64,000 nt of DNA from assembly GCA_964291235.2 (NCBI GenBank), contig OZ219816.1, positions 960,001-1,024,000 of the forward strand, in the 5' to 3' direction. The position numbers and the translations under genes were made by a program. Below the pieces are notes generated by a model. That model was not told the origin of the DNA and searched no databases. It worked only from the letters and a program-made list of their open reading frames with translations. Source of the DNA: Vicinamibacteria bacterium. GTDB taxonomy: Bacteria > Acidobacteriota > Vicinamibacteria > Marinacidobacterales > Marinacidobacteraceae. Shown piece by piece: positions 1 through 9,669 of this stretch (the stretch's first letter is position 1; each line of letters begins with the position of its first letter).

Positions 1-752
1 CGGTAGGGCGCCCGGTTGATATCCGACATGAGCGTCTGGGTCTGGAGGGTCTCCATTTCCGGCTGCACCAAACTTGCCGTCACCCCCCGGTCCGCGCGCA
101 TGGTGATGCTCGCATGGGCGAGTTGGGGCGAGATCTCCTGCAGGGTCACGAAGGCTTCCGCCCGGGATTCGCCGTCCGTGAACGACTGGGCCGGCAGCAG
201 TTCCTCCGGCTGGTGGATCACGTGGTTGAACTGGATGAAGGGGCCGGCGTTGTATTCCCGGAAGAAGAGAACGTAGATGGGCGGCAGCAGTTGTTCTTGC
301 CGCGCCAGGTAGAACCAGAGTTCCGTCTGGTAGAGCCCGGGGACGGAGGCGAAGGTCTCCCGCTCTTCGGGTTCGCCGAGCTGGATGTAGATGCGTCCGC
401 GGTCGGTCAACCAGCCGGGCAGCCCGGTTTCACCGCCGAGCCGGGTGTTCGCGTACTCGATGCGCCGGTAGTGCTCGGTTCGGAACTCGTTCTCCGGAGT
501 CAGCGGCTCGGGGTCGCGGCGCGACCAGAAGGCGGTGATGAATGCCTCGCGTTCGGCTTCGGACTGGAGCCTCTCGAAGGCGTCCTGTTCCCGGTCGCTG
601 ATGATGTAGGCGGCGTCGAATTCGAGCCACTGCTGGTGCTCGTCGGAGAGCGGGAAGAGATCCTGCCCGGCGGCGGAAACGGACCCCGCGAGCAGCAGAG
701 TGGCCACCAGAGCCGGCTGGAGCCGCGTCCGGAGGAGCATGCGCGGAGTCAT
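1..752 (-). CDS. GWxTD domain-containing protein (3' end runs off the window)
   Basis: Not in the ORF track. Manual translation from ATG 752 (alternative 740): signal-like N-terminus, then HQQWLEFDAAYIISDREQDAF...FWSRRDPEPLTPENEFRTEHYRRIEYAN...PGWLTDRGRIYIQLGEP, the GWxTD signature. Confidence 0.88.
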   Translation of the reverse strand, partial: MTPRMLLRTRLQPALVATLLLAGSVSAAGQDLFPLSDEHQQWLEFDAAYIISDREQDAFERLQSEAEREAFITAFWSRRDPEPLTPENEFRTEHYRRIEYANTRLGGETGLPGWLTDRGRIYIQLGEPEERETFASVPGLYQTELWFYLARQEQLLPPIYVLFFREYNAGPFIQFNHVIHQPEELLPAQSFTDGESRAEAFVTLQEISPQLAHASITMRADRGVTASLVQPEMETLQTQTLMSDINRAPY

Positions 753-973
753 GGGACGGCGTTCATTCTGACCCGAAACGGGTTGGCGCGCATCCGGGCC
801 AGGGGAAACGGCGCCCGATTGCCTATCCGGGGGGCTCGTTGGACCCGCGCTCCGCGACGACTTTTCCACAAAGCGTCCGGAGGCGGGAAGAAAACGCCCG
901 AACTCTCGTCCAGGCTGTTATGGACGGCGCTTGCGCCTTCCGTCGCGTCAGACACCCGAGACAGGAGGACCCA

Positions 974-1483
974 ATGACACCGACGAAACCGAACCGGGCC
1001 ACGGCCCGGCCGAACCTCCAGGTCACGGGACCGGACGCTCGGGAGACGAAGCCGGGCGGAAACGGTGCGCTCTTCCGGGCGCTGGTCAAAGCCGGGGCCG
1101 ACCCGGAGGCTGCCTATAATGCGGAGGCAGAGGTCGGATCCATGGCTCCCGAAAATGTGGTTGGGCAGCTCGGCGCGCAGATGCAGGTCGGGTTCATGGA
1201 ACTGAAGCAGGTCTGCCGGGAGAACGCTGAGCGGCTCGCCGAGCACAGCCGGAAGCTGGACGCCCTGACCGAGGCCGGGATCGTGCGGGACCGGAAAGTG
1301 GAGGTTCTCGCAGTGGAGGTGAGTGGGCTGAAAGCGGTCCTCGGCGTGGAGGTGAGTGGGCTGAAGGAGGTCTCCGGCGCTCAGATGGGTGCCGTGAGGC
1401 GGGAGTTGCGGCTCGTCTGGGGTGCGCTCGGCATCCTGGTAACGGTCCTGCTTGCGGTCTTCGGTGTCCTGTTCACCCGCTGA
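974..1483 (+). CDS. Coiled-coil protein with C-terminal membrane anchor (CCDC90/DUF1640-like)
   Basis: GGAGG RBS at 964-968 before ATG 974. LFRALVKAGADPEAA head, coiled-coil stalk with duplicated VEVSGLK, hydrophobic C-terminus LVWGALGILVTVLLAVFGVLF. Confidence 0.6.
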   Translation: MTPTKPNRATARPNLQVTGPDARETKPGGNGALFRALVKAGADPEAAYNAEAEVGSMAPENVVGQLGAQMQVGFMELKQVCRENAERLAEHSRKLDALTEAGIVRDRKVEVLAVEVSGLKAVLGVEVSGLKEVSGAQMGAVRRELRLVWGALGILVTVLLAVFGVLFTR

Positions 1484-1569
1484 GTGCCCCGGGGTGGGTT
1501 CGCCCTTCCCGTCCGGCGGCCGGCGTTCGCCTGCGGTCCCCGCGCTTTGACTCAGGGGGACGAACTCGC

Positions 1570-2268
1570 CTACAGCGTGGTCAAGGCTTCGCGGAAGGCG
1601 GCGGCGGCGTTCGCGACTGCATCCCCGTCGTCACCGTCGAGCGTGATGCGGGTCCCTGAGGACCCGGGATAGGAACCGATCTGGACGGTCGGGTGGTCGG
1701 CCACCAAGCGGTCGAGCAACGGGATCAGTTCCTCTTCGGGGCGAGGAATCAGCTCTTCGTCGGCGAAGTAGGCCGGCCCCTCCGGAATGCACTCCGCCAG
1801 GATCTCCAGCTTCCGTTCGAAGACCGGCGGCAGCCCGGGAAGGATCCAGACGTTTCGCATGACGACCACCGGCCAATGCCCGGACCGGCCCTCGCGGAGT
1901 TCGCACCCTGCCGGAACGCGGGCGAGATCACGGTGGGTGACTTCGAGGCCGCGCATCCGCAGGGCTTCGAGGAAACGGGGGTGATGGATCACCCCGATTC
2001 CGAAGGCGCGGGCGATCCCCTCCATGGTCACGTCGTCGTGCGTGGCGCCCACCCCGCCCGAGGTGAACAGGAAATCGTGGGTGGCGGCGAGCCCGGCCGT
2101 CTCGGCGGCGATCACGGCCGGATCGTCAGCGATCGTGACGACCCGCTGGAGAGCGATTCCCTTCTGCCGTAGCAATCGGGCGAGGAGCCCAGTGTTGGTA
2201 TCCGCGACCTTGCCCGACAGGATCTCGTTGCCGATCACCAGGAAGGCGGCGTTTCGGCGGAGAGTCAC
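1570..2268 (-). CDS. Molybdopterin-binding/CinA N-terminal-like protein (COG1058)
   Basis: IGNEILSGKVADTN, TSGGVGATHDDVT, LPGLP and IGSYP motifs. No PncC deamidase domain. GTG start at 2268 chosen to avoid overlap with the upstream gene. Confidence 0.85.
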   Translation of the reverse strand: MTLRRNAAFLVIGNEILSGKVADTNTGLLARLLRQKGIALQRVVTIADDPAVIAAETAGLAATHDFLFTSGGVGATHDDVTMEGIARAFGIGVIHHPRFLEALRMRGLEVTHRDLARVPAGCELREGRSGHWPVVVMRNVWILPGLPPVFERKLEILAECIPEGPAYFADEELIPRPEEELIPLLDRLVADHPTVQIGSYPGSSGTRITLDGDDGDAVANAAAAFREALTTL

Positions 2269-2309
2269 GGAAGGATCTCGGGCCGGGTCGCCGCCAGTTC
2301 GCCCGCGAG

Positions 2310-3164
2310 TCAGGGCTCGCTGACGAGGTAGGCGATCCAGGTCTCGTCGGCCGAGCCCTCGGCGACCTCTTCGAACTCGCCGTTTCCGTCGCCGTTTTCG
2401 TCGGCGCCTTCCCAAAGAACCGCGGTTTTCGAGAACCCGGCTTCGGCCAGCAGTTCGCGGAGTTCGGGAAGCGACCAGAATCGCCATTGGTAACGAAACG
2501 CGTTCCGGAGCCGGCTGCCGTCCGGGAACTCGTAGTGGATCGCGCAGCGCATGCGTCCGCTGATGGGATCAAACGCCACCTGGTCCCAAATGAAGTCGAA
2601 ACCGTCTTCCTCGCGGGCGTATTCCTTTTCCTCGTGGCAATCGGAACCGCCGTAGGCGTCCATGAAGAAGAGCCCGTCCGGTTTGAGAGCGCCGCGAACC
2701 CGCTCGAAGTACTCCCGCATCAGGTCCCGCGTTTCGAAGATCCAGTAGCTGAAGTTCATCGCCGCGATCAGGTCCACCCGGGGCTCCCCCACGTCCAGCA
2801 CGTCGCTCTCGATCAGGTCGATGCGACTCTGCTCCGCGCGGCTCAGGCTCGCGATGTTGTGTTCGCGGCCCCACTCCAGGGGGGCCGGATCGAGATCGAC
2901 GCCGATGGCCCGGTTTTCGGGACGGCGCGCGACGAATTCGCACGAAAGAGCGGCCGTCCCGCAAAAGTCCTCCCGGAAGGAACGGGCCCGCCGCGCCCGG
3001 CGACGGTGAAATTCGTCATCCAGGAAAGCGGCGTCGAGCGGCGCGTCCTGAACGGAATTCTGGTAGAGCAGATAGCGGTCCGCCCGGTCGGCCATCGACG
3101 GACGCCGCTTTCGGCCACGGCTCGTGCCGCGACTCATGCCGCGGGACCGGACCGACTGCGCCAT
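2310..3164 (-). CDS. Class I SAM-dependent methyltransferase
   Basis: REDFCGTA motif I, GVDLD motif II, LKPDGLF. Start may be 3137 or 3095. Confidence 0.82.
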   Translation of the reverse strand: MAQSVRSRGMSRGTSRGRKRRPSMADRADRYLLYQNSVQDAPLDAAFLDDEFHRRRARRARSFREDFCGTAALSCEFVARRPENRAIGVDLDPAPLEWGREHNIASLSRAEQSRIDLIESDVLDVGEPRVDLIAAMNFSYWIFETRDLMREYFERVRGALKPDGLFFMDAYGGSDCHEEKEYAREEDGFDFIWDQVAFDPISGRMRCAIHYEFPDGSRLRNAFRYQWRFWSLPELRELLAEAGFSKTAVLWEGADENGDGNGEFEEVAEGSADETWIAYLVSEP

Positions 3165-3222
3165 GGCGAACCCTCGAAGCTGAGATGCAGGAAAATCAGG
3201 GGACTCGTTCCCCGCCGCTCTT

Positions 3223-3621
3223 TCAGTGCAGCGTGACCGGTTGGCTCAGGGTGAACTGCGCGATCTTGACCTTGAAGCGATCGCCCCCCGGGACTTCCAT
3301 CAGGTAGGACCCGCGCATCGACCCGAACGGAGTGCGGAGGGGACACCACGAGGAATAGTGGAAGGACTCGCCCGGGACCAGGTAGGGGCGGGCGCCGACG
3401 ACGCCGGGGCCACGGACCTGTTCCACGCGATCTTCGCCGTGTTCGATGACCCAGTGCCGGCTCAGCAACTGCACCAGTTCCGGCGACTCGTTGGTGATGG
3501 CGATGTCGTACCGAAACAGCCATGCGGGGTCCGGCTCGGGGCGCCGGTCGGCAAAACGCGCTTCCACATCGACCCGGATTCCGCGGGTTGTGGCGGAAGA
3601 AGTGAAGACCTCCTGGCGCAC
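3223..3621 (-). CDS. apaG: ApaG family protein
   Basis: YDIAITN...VQLLSRHWVI...VRGPGVVGARP...GESFHYSSWCPL.TPFGSMRGSY. Confidence 0.95.
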   Translation of the reverse strand: MRQEVFTSSATTRGIRVDVEARFADRRPEPDPAWLFRYDIAITNESPELVQLLSRHWVIEHGEDRVEQVRGPGVVGARPYLVPGESFHYSSWCPLRTPFGSMRGSYLMEVPGGDRFKVKIAQFTLSQPVTLH

Positions 3622-3687
3622 GGTTTTGATCGTAGCACGCGGACGGTTTTGGCTAGGGTTTCGCGCGTGAGGAATCCTGGAGGCCGG

Positions 3688-5673
3688 ATGCGGCGCCTGG
3701 CGGTGCTCCTTGCGGCGCTCTCGGTGACGCCGTCAGGCCTTGCCGCAGCGCCGCCCGGAGCCCGTCTGCTGGTGCTCGCGGTGGACGGCGGCGGCTACGA
3801 ACTCGTCCACGAATTCCTCCGTGAGGGAGTCCTTCCCAACTTTGCCCGGCTCCGCGCCGAAGGCGCCTTCTCGGATGGCATGGTGACCGCGTTCCCCACG
3901 AAGACCGCCGCCTCGTTCGCCATGATCTGGACGGGCCTTCCCGGGAGGGACAACGGGATCACCGGGAACGCGGTCCTCGCGCTGCCGGCCGGGTCCCATA
4001 CCTTGCTCGACACCCGGGACGGGTTCTCGGCGGAGTTGCTGCGCGCCGACCCGCTCTGGACCCGGGTAGCGCGCACCGGACGGCGCGCGGTCGCACTGCA
4101 CACGACCCACACCTACCCGCTCGACGCCGCGCTGGGCCGCCTGGAAGCGGACGAGCGCGGTGATCTCTTCATCCTCACCGGTTACGGCGACGTCCGGCTG
4201 CCCCCGGCAACCCTGAACGAGGTTCGGAATCCCCTCCTTGCCGAAGCGTCCGTTCCTCTTGCCGAGGCGCTGACCGGTTCAGGGGGAGGCGGCCGTCCCG
4301 GGTTCCTTCGGTTCGAGGTCGGGGAAGCACGCTTCCTGGGGGTCTTCGTTGACGATCCGCTGAATCCCGAGAGCGGCTGGGATACGTTCGGGGTGCTGGA
4401 GGATCCCGCCGACCGGGATCCGGATGGGCGCGCGCCGGTCTGGTTGGCGCGGGTCGGGACCGGGCCGGATGCCGCCTTTTCCGGGGCGATCAGCGCCGAA
4501 TCGGCGGGCGTCCGCATCGAGTTCCAGGTGCGGGCCTTCGCGGCGGTCCCTCCGGGTGCTGATTCGCCGGCGCGCTACGTCGTCTTTCGGGGCGGAGCGA
4601 GCGAGGTTGCCACCCACCCGGCGCCGGCCTGGCGAGAGCGGTTGGGGTCGTCGGGGTGGCCGCGGACGGTAGGGGCCCCGGAGTACGCCTCCGGCCGGCT
4701 CGGACGGACCGGAGCCGAGAGCGGCGACGGGACCGCCGAGTCCCGCCTGCTCGAGATCGCCGGCGCGGTTGCCGATTCCGCGCTCGTTCACCTCGATGCC
4801 GCCGCGTCGTTGCCGGAGTGGGATCTCATCGCGCTCTACCTGCCGATCGCCGACGAGATCGGCCATCTGCTCTACGGCCGGCTCGACGATCGGCTCGCGA
4901 CCCATGACCCCGCGCTCGCGGAATCCCTCCGGCCGGTCCTTGCCGGCGCGTTTCGTGAGGTGGACCGGGTGCTCGGACGCCTGTTTGCGCTCGCGGAGGC
5001 CGCGGACGCCCACCTGATGGTGGTGAGCGATCACGGAATGTCCGGCACCGATCGGCTGTTGCACGTGAACGTCGCGCTCGAGCGGGCGGGGCTCCTCGCT
5101 TTCGACGCCGACGGGCGAGTGGATCTCTCCCGCACCAGAGCCATGGCGCCCCCGACGGCGGACGGCAGCGTGGCCATCAACCGGATCTCCCGCCCGGAGG
5201 GAATCGTGCCGCCGCCCGAGGAAGCGGAGGTGCTGGCGGCGGTGCGATCGGCGCTGCTCGGAATTCGCGCCGATGGTGAGCCCGTGGTAACCGGGTTCCT
5301 CAGCCCGGCCACCGGCGGGCGGGTGCAGCCCGGCGGGGCAACCACCGGCGATCTCTTCCCCCTGCTGCGGCCGGGATTTCTTTCCTCGGCCCGTCCTGCG
5401 GAGCACGTCGTGATGTCCGATCGCCCGGCGGGGAACCATGGTTTTGCGCCTACCCGGCGCGACATGCTGGCGGTGCTGGCCGCCTGGGGGCCGCGGATTC
5501 CGGCACGCACCGAGTGGCCGCGGGCCGGCGCTGTGGATGTGGTGCCTACGGCGCTCGATCTGCTCGGGCTACCGGTCGATCCGGCCCTGCCGGGGCGCTC
5601 GCTGCTCGGGGTGGCCCCGCTGGTTCGCCCGTCGGGGGCGGCCGGGGGAACTTCGTCGCCCAGCCAGCGTTAG
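3688..5673 (+). CDS. Secreted alkaline phosphatase superfamily protein (nucleotide pyrophosphatase/phosphodiesterase type)
   Basis: Signal peptide, VLAVDG, FPTKT nucleophile region, DEIGH, VSDHG, GNHG, DVVPT. In-frame GTG at 3667 is an alternative start. Confidence 0.85.
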   Translation: MRRLAVLLAALSVTPSGLAAAPPGARLLVLAVDGGGYELVHEFLREGVLPNFARLRAEGAFSDGMVTAFPTKTAASFAMIWTGLPGRDNGITGNAVLALPAGSHTLLDTRDGFSAELLRADPLWTRVARTGRRAVALHTTHTYPLDAALGRLEADERGDLFILTGYGDVRLPPATLNEVRNPLLAEASVPLAEALTGSGGGGRPGFLRFEVGEARFLGVFVDDPLNPESGWDTFGVLEDPADRDPDGRAPVWLARVGTGPDAAFSGAISAESAGVRIEFQVRAFAAVPPGADSPARYVVFRGGASEVATHPAPAWRERLGSSGWPRTVGAPEYASGRLGRTGAESGDGTAESRLLEIAGAVADSALVHLDAAASLPEWDLIALYLPIADEIGHLLYGRLDDRLATHDPALAESLRPVLAGAFREVDRVLGRLFALAEAADAHLMVVSDHGMSGTDRLLHVNVALERAGLLAFDADGRVDLSRTRAMAPPTADGSVAINRISRPEGIVPPPEEAEVLAAVRSALLGIRADGEPVVTGFLSPATGGRVQPGGATTGDLFPLLRPGFLSSARPAEHVVMSDRPAGNHGFAPTRRDMLAVLAAWGPRIPARTEWPRAGAVDVVPTALDLLGLPVDPALPGRSLLGVAPLVRPSGAAGGTSSPSQR

Positions 5674-5697
5674 TCCGGACAGGCGCTTCGGAACACC

Positions 5698-6951
5698 ATG
5701 GACATAGCCCGCGAAGGAGTCGCCGAGGGCCGCCGCCGGCGGCGCCTCGTGGTGGGCGCGCTCTCGGGTGGAGGGTTGGTGGCGGTGGTTGTCTTCGCGC
5801 TGCGGCTGGCGCCGGCGGCGCCGGCGGTGGACCGCGGGACGGTGTTCATGGACACCGTCCGCCGGGGAGAGATGTTGTTGAGCGTCCGGGGGCCCGGTTC
5901 GCTCGTGCCGGTAGAGGTTCGGCGGGTGGCCGCCGGGAGCTCCGGCAGGGTCGCCTCGGTGCACGTGCTCCCCGGAGTCCGCGTCGGAGCCGAGACGGTG
6001 ATTCTCACCCTCGAGAACCCCAGCCTCTCGCAGGAACTGACGGAGGCGGAACTGGACCTCGCGGCCGCGGAGGCGAATCTGGACGATCGGCGGGTCCAGT
6101 TGCGTCGCCAGGTGCTTAACCAGAGGTCGCTGCTCGCCTCCGTCGAGGCGGAAGCGCGTCAGGCGGCCCTCGATGCGGAGGCGGACGCCCAGATTCACGC
6201 CGAGGGAATCATAGGCCGGATCGAGCTCGAAGACAGCCAGGGTGCGGCCGAGGAACTGGGCACGCGAGCCCGGCATGAAGGCGAGCGGCTTCAACTCGCG
6301 GAGCAGGTCGCGGCGGCGGAAATGACTGCCGAGGAGGCGCGGGTGGCGCGACTGCGCGCCGTCTTCGATCTCAAGCGCGAGTTGGTGTCCCGGCTCGAGG
6401 TGCGCGCCGGCATCGCCGGCGTCGTCCAGGAGGTTTCCGTCGAGGCGGGCCAACAGGTGGCCGCGGGCGACAATCTCGCCCGGGTTGCGGAGCCCGCCCG
6501 CCTGAAGGCGGAACTCAGAATCGCGGAGGTCCAGGCGAAGGACATCGAGGTGGGGCAGGCGGCCCGGGTGGACACCCGGAACGGAATCGCGTCGGGGCGG
6601 GTCACCCGCGTGGAGCCGGCGGTTCGCGACGGCGCGGTCACGGTGGACGTTTCCTTTGCGGGCGAGCTGCCGCGCGGGGCTCGCAGCGATCTGTCGGTGG
6701 ATGGTCTCGTCGAGATCGCCCGCCTTGAGGACGTCCTGCACGTCGGCCGTCCCGCGTTCGGGCAGGAAGGCGATGCAGTGGATCTCTTCCGGCTGCTGGG
6801 CGACGGCGACGAAGCGGTGCGGGTGAGGGTGTTGCTCGGCAAGGCCTCGGTGAACACGGTGGAGATCCGCGAGGGCCTGGCCGAGGGCGATACCGTGATC
6901 CTCTCGGACACCTCGGCTTGGGAAGGACACGACCGCATCCGCCTGCGATGA
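5698..6951 (+). CDS. HlyD/MacA-like periplasmic adaptor (membrane fusion protein)
   Basis: N-terminal TM, lipoyl halves (SSGRVASVHVLPG; VRAGIAGVVQ...GQQV), long alpha-hairpin, VEIREGLAEGDTVI. Confidence 0.9.
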   Translation: MDIAREGVAEGRRRRRLVVGALSGGGLVAVVVFALRLAPAAPAVDRGTVFMDTVRRGEMLLSVRGPGSLVPVEVRRVAAGSSGRVASVHVLPGVRVGAETVILTLENPSLSQELTEAELDLAAAEANLDDRRVQLRRQVLNQRSLLASVEAEARQAALDAEADAQIHAEGIIGRIELEDSQGAAEELGTRARHEGERLQLAEQVAAAEMTAEEARVARLRAVFDLKRELVSRLEVRAGIAGVVQEVSVEAGQQVAAGDNLARVAEPARLKAELRIAEVQAKDIEVGQAARVDTRNGIASGRVTRVEPAVRDGAVTVDVSFAGELPRGARSDLSVDGLVEIARLEDVLHVGRPAFGQEGDAVDLFRLLGDGDEAVRVRVLLGKASVNTVEIREGLAEGDTVILSDTSAWEGHDRIRLR

Positions 6952-6997
6952 GCGATCAAGACCGCCGCGCATCCCCCGGCGCCGCGCCCGGAATTCG

Positions 6998-7711
6998 ATG
7001 AACAACCCGACCACGAAAGGAGAACCCGTGCCCGACCCCGTCATTCAGTTGAGCGGAATCAACAAGATCTTCTATACCGACGAGGTGGAAACCCATGCGC
7101 TCTCCGAGGTCAGCCTGAGCTTTGCTGCCGGCGACTACGTGGCGATCTCGGGACCTTCGGGGTGCGGAAAATCAACGCTTCTTTCGATTCTGGGCCTCCT
7201 CGACACGCCCAACGGCGGGGAATACCTGCTGAATGGCCGTTCGGTGGCGAATCTCGGGCTGACGGAACGCGCCCGCATCCGCAACCGGGAGGTGGGATTC
7301 ATCTTCCAGGCGTTCAACCTCATCGGCGACCTCACCGTGTACGAGAACGTGGAGTTGCCGCTCGTGTACCGGGGAACTCCGGGCGCCGAGCGAAAGCGGC
7401 GCACCCTCGACGCACTCGAACGGGTGGGGATGTCGCACCGGCGCAAGCACTTTCCGTCGCAGCTCTCTGGAGGCCAGCAGCAGCGGGTCGCCGTCGCGCG
7501 GGCCGTCGTGGGAGATCCTTCCATCCTGCTCGCGGACGAACCGACGGGAAACCTGGATTCGCAAAACGGCACCGAAGTCATGGACATGCTCGACTCCCTC
7601 CATCAGGGAGGAGCGACCATCTGCATGGTGACCCACGACCCGCGCTATGCCGACCGGGCCGACCGCACGATTCACCTGTTCGACGGGCGCATCGTGTCGG
7701 AGCCCGTCTGA
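6998..7711 (+). CDS. ABC transporter ATP-binding protein, MacB/LolD type
   Basis: [32 protein letters not shown]. Confidence 0.95.
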   Translation: MNNPTTKGEPVPDPVIQLSGINKIFYTDEVETHALSEVSLSFAAGDYVAISGPSGCGKSTLLSILGLLDTPNGGEYLLNGRSVANLGLTERARIRNREVGFIFQAFNLIGDLTVYENVELPLVYRGTPGAERKRRTLDALERVGMSHRRKHFPSQLSGGQQQRVAVARAVVGDPSILLADEPTGNLDSQNGTEVMDMLDSLHQGGATICMVTHDPRYADRADRTIHLFDGRIVSEPV

Positions 7712-7759
7712 GGCGAGGCCTCGGTACGCCTTTCGGCGTGGGCTCGTAGAATCCCGGCC

Positions 7760-9652
7760 ATGGGTCGGCTCGACGCTCGGGCGGTTTCCGGCGAGGAGCT
7801 TCGCCGGTTCGAGAAGCGGCTGTTCGAGGACCTCCGCAAGCTGGAGACGATGATCGGGGAGGGACGGATCGAGGAGGGCGTCTATCGGGTCGGGGTCGAG
7901 CAGGAGATGTTCCTGATCGGGGATGGGAATCGCCCGGCGCCGATGGCGATGGAGGTCCTGAAGGAACTGAACGACCCTTCCTTCACCACCGAGATCGCCC
8001 GCTTCAACCTCGAGGCGAACCTGGAACCGCTGATGATGTCGGGCGACGTCCTGTCGCGGACCGAAAAGCGCCTTGAAGAAGTCATGGGCGCGGCCGCCGA
8101 CGCCGCGCGGCGGGTGGGCGTGGATGTGTGCCTGACCGGCATCCTCCCGACGCTCCGGCTGTCCGACATGACCCTCGACAACATGACGCCGCTCTCGCGC
8201 TACCGGGTCCTGAACGACGCGCTGAACCGGCTTCGGGGGTACGAGCCCTACCACCTCCACATGTCGGGAGCCGACGAGATCCACACCACCCACGACAACG
8301 TGATGCCGGAGGGGTGTAACGCCAGCTTCCAGATTCACCTGCAGGTCGGCGCCAGCGAGTTCACCCGCCTCTACAACCTGGCGCAGCTCGTTACCGCCCC
8401 GATCCTCGCCTGCTCTCCCAATTCGCCGCTGCTCTTCGGACGCCGGCTCTGGCGTGAGACCCGGATCGGACTCTTCCAGCAGAGCCTCGATACGCGAGGC
8501 GCCCGCGCCACCGAGCGCCAGCGGACGGCGCGGGGCGCGTTCGGCCAGGACTGGATCACTGGCGGAGTTCTGGAAATCCTGCGGGAAAACGTCACGCACC
8601 ATTCGGTTCTGCTCGATGCTGGGGAAGAACCCGACGCCGACGAGGACCCGCCGCGCCTGTCCGCGCTGGCGCTCCACAACGGCACTGTCTGGCGCTGGAA
8701 CCGGCCGTGTTACGGCATCACCGACGGCAAACCCCACCTGCGCATCGAGAGCCGGTACCTGCCCTCCGGGCCGACCATCCCGGACGAGGTGGCGAACATG
8801 GCCCTGTGGCTCGGTTTGATGAGTGCGCTCGCGGGCGAGGGCATCGAGCCCCAAGAGGTCATGCCGTTCGCCGATGTCTCCGAGAACTTCCTGGCCGCCA
8901 GCCGGCTGGGGCTGAAGGCCGAACTGACCTGGCTCGACGGGAAGCACTGGCCCGTCCGCGACCTGCTGCTCGAGGAGCTTCTGCCGAGGGCGCGGGAGGG
9001 ACTCGCCCGGAAGCAGGTGAGCCCACGCGATGTGGACCACTACATCGGCATCGTCGAAGAGCGCGTTCGCACCGCCCGTTCCGGAGCGCGCTGGATGCTC
9101 GAGGGCTATGAAGCCCTCCGTACGCAGGCCTCACTCCTGGAGCGGCTGAGCGCCATCACCGGCGCCGCCCGGCGCCAGCAGGGAGCCGGGATTCCGGTTG
9201 CCCGCTGGGAATTGCCGACCCTGAGCGACTCCGGTGGCTGGAAGCATCACTACCTCCGGGTTGACCAGTTCATGACGCGGGACATCCTTACCGTCCATCC
9301 CGACGAATCCGTGCGCCGGGCGGCCATCCTCATGGACTGGGGCCGCATCCGGCACGTCCCGGTGGAGGAGAACGAGCAACTCGTCGGGCTCGTCTCCTAC
9401 CGGACGATCATCAAGCTGGTCGCGGAGAGCACGCTGGACGAGGACGAGTTCCTCTCCGTGCGCGAGGTGATGAAGAAGGATCCGATCAGCATTCCACCCT
9501 CGACGCCGTCGATGGACGCGATCCGCCTCATGAATGCCAAGGGCGTGGGATCGCTTCCCGTGGTGGAGGACGGCCGGCTGGTGGGCATCGTGACCGAGCA
9601 CGACTTCACCCTCATCGCCCGCGGCCTGCTCGAGGAAAAACTCGCCGAATAG
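7760..9652 (+). CDS. Glutamate-cysteine ligase (GCS2) family protein with C-terminal CBS pair
   Basis: GVEQEMFL, TEIARFNLE, GILPT, SFQIHLQ, NSPLLFG, LHNGTVWRWNRPCY, HLRIESR. C-terminal IRHVPV and VGSLPVV...LVGIVTEHD CBS repeats. Confidence 0.85.
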   Translation: MGRLDARAVSGEELRRFEKRLFEDLRKLETMIGEGRIEEGVYRVGVEQEMFLIGDGNRPAPMAMEVLKELNDPSFTTEIARFNLEANLEPLMMSGDVLSRTEKRLEEVMGAAADAARRVGVDVCLTGILPTLRLSDMTLDNMTPLSRYRVLNDALNRLRGYEPYHLHMSGADEIHTTHDNVMPEGCNASFQIHLQVGASEFTRLYNLAQLVTAPILACSPNSPLLFGRRLWRETRIGLFQQSLDTRGARATERQRTARGAFGQDWITGGVLEILRENVTHHSVLLDAGEEPDADEDPPRLSALALHNGTVWRWNRPCYGITDGKPHLRIESRYLPSGPTIPDEVANMALWLGLMSALAGEGIEPQEVMPFADVSENFLAASRLGLKAELTWLDGKHWPVRDLLLEELLPRAREGLARKQVSPRDVDHYIGIVEERVRTARSGARWMLEGYEALRTQASLLERLSAITGAARRQQGAGIPVARWELPTLSDSGGWKHHYLRVDQFMTRDILTVHPDESVRRAAILMDWGRIRHVPVEENEQLVGLVSYRTIIKLVAESTLDEDEFLSVREVMKKDPISIPPSTPSMDAIRLMNAKGVGSLPVVEDGRLVGIVTEHDFTLIARGLLEEKLAE

Positions 9653-9669
9653 TCGAGCCGGGCGCGGAG

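Noticed and set aside
862-870. DnaA box TTTTCCACA / oriC
   Set aside because: Single box, no AT-rich unwinding element and no replication genes nearby.
895-970. Riboswitch or ncRNA upstream of the coiled-coil gene
   Set aside because: Short hairpins exist (CGTCCA...TGGACG), but I cannot match a known aptamer consensus and such stems are common at this GC content. An Rfam scan would settle it.
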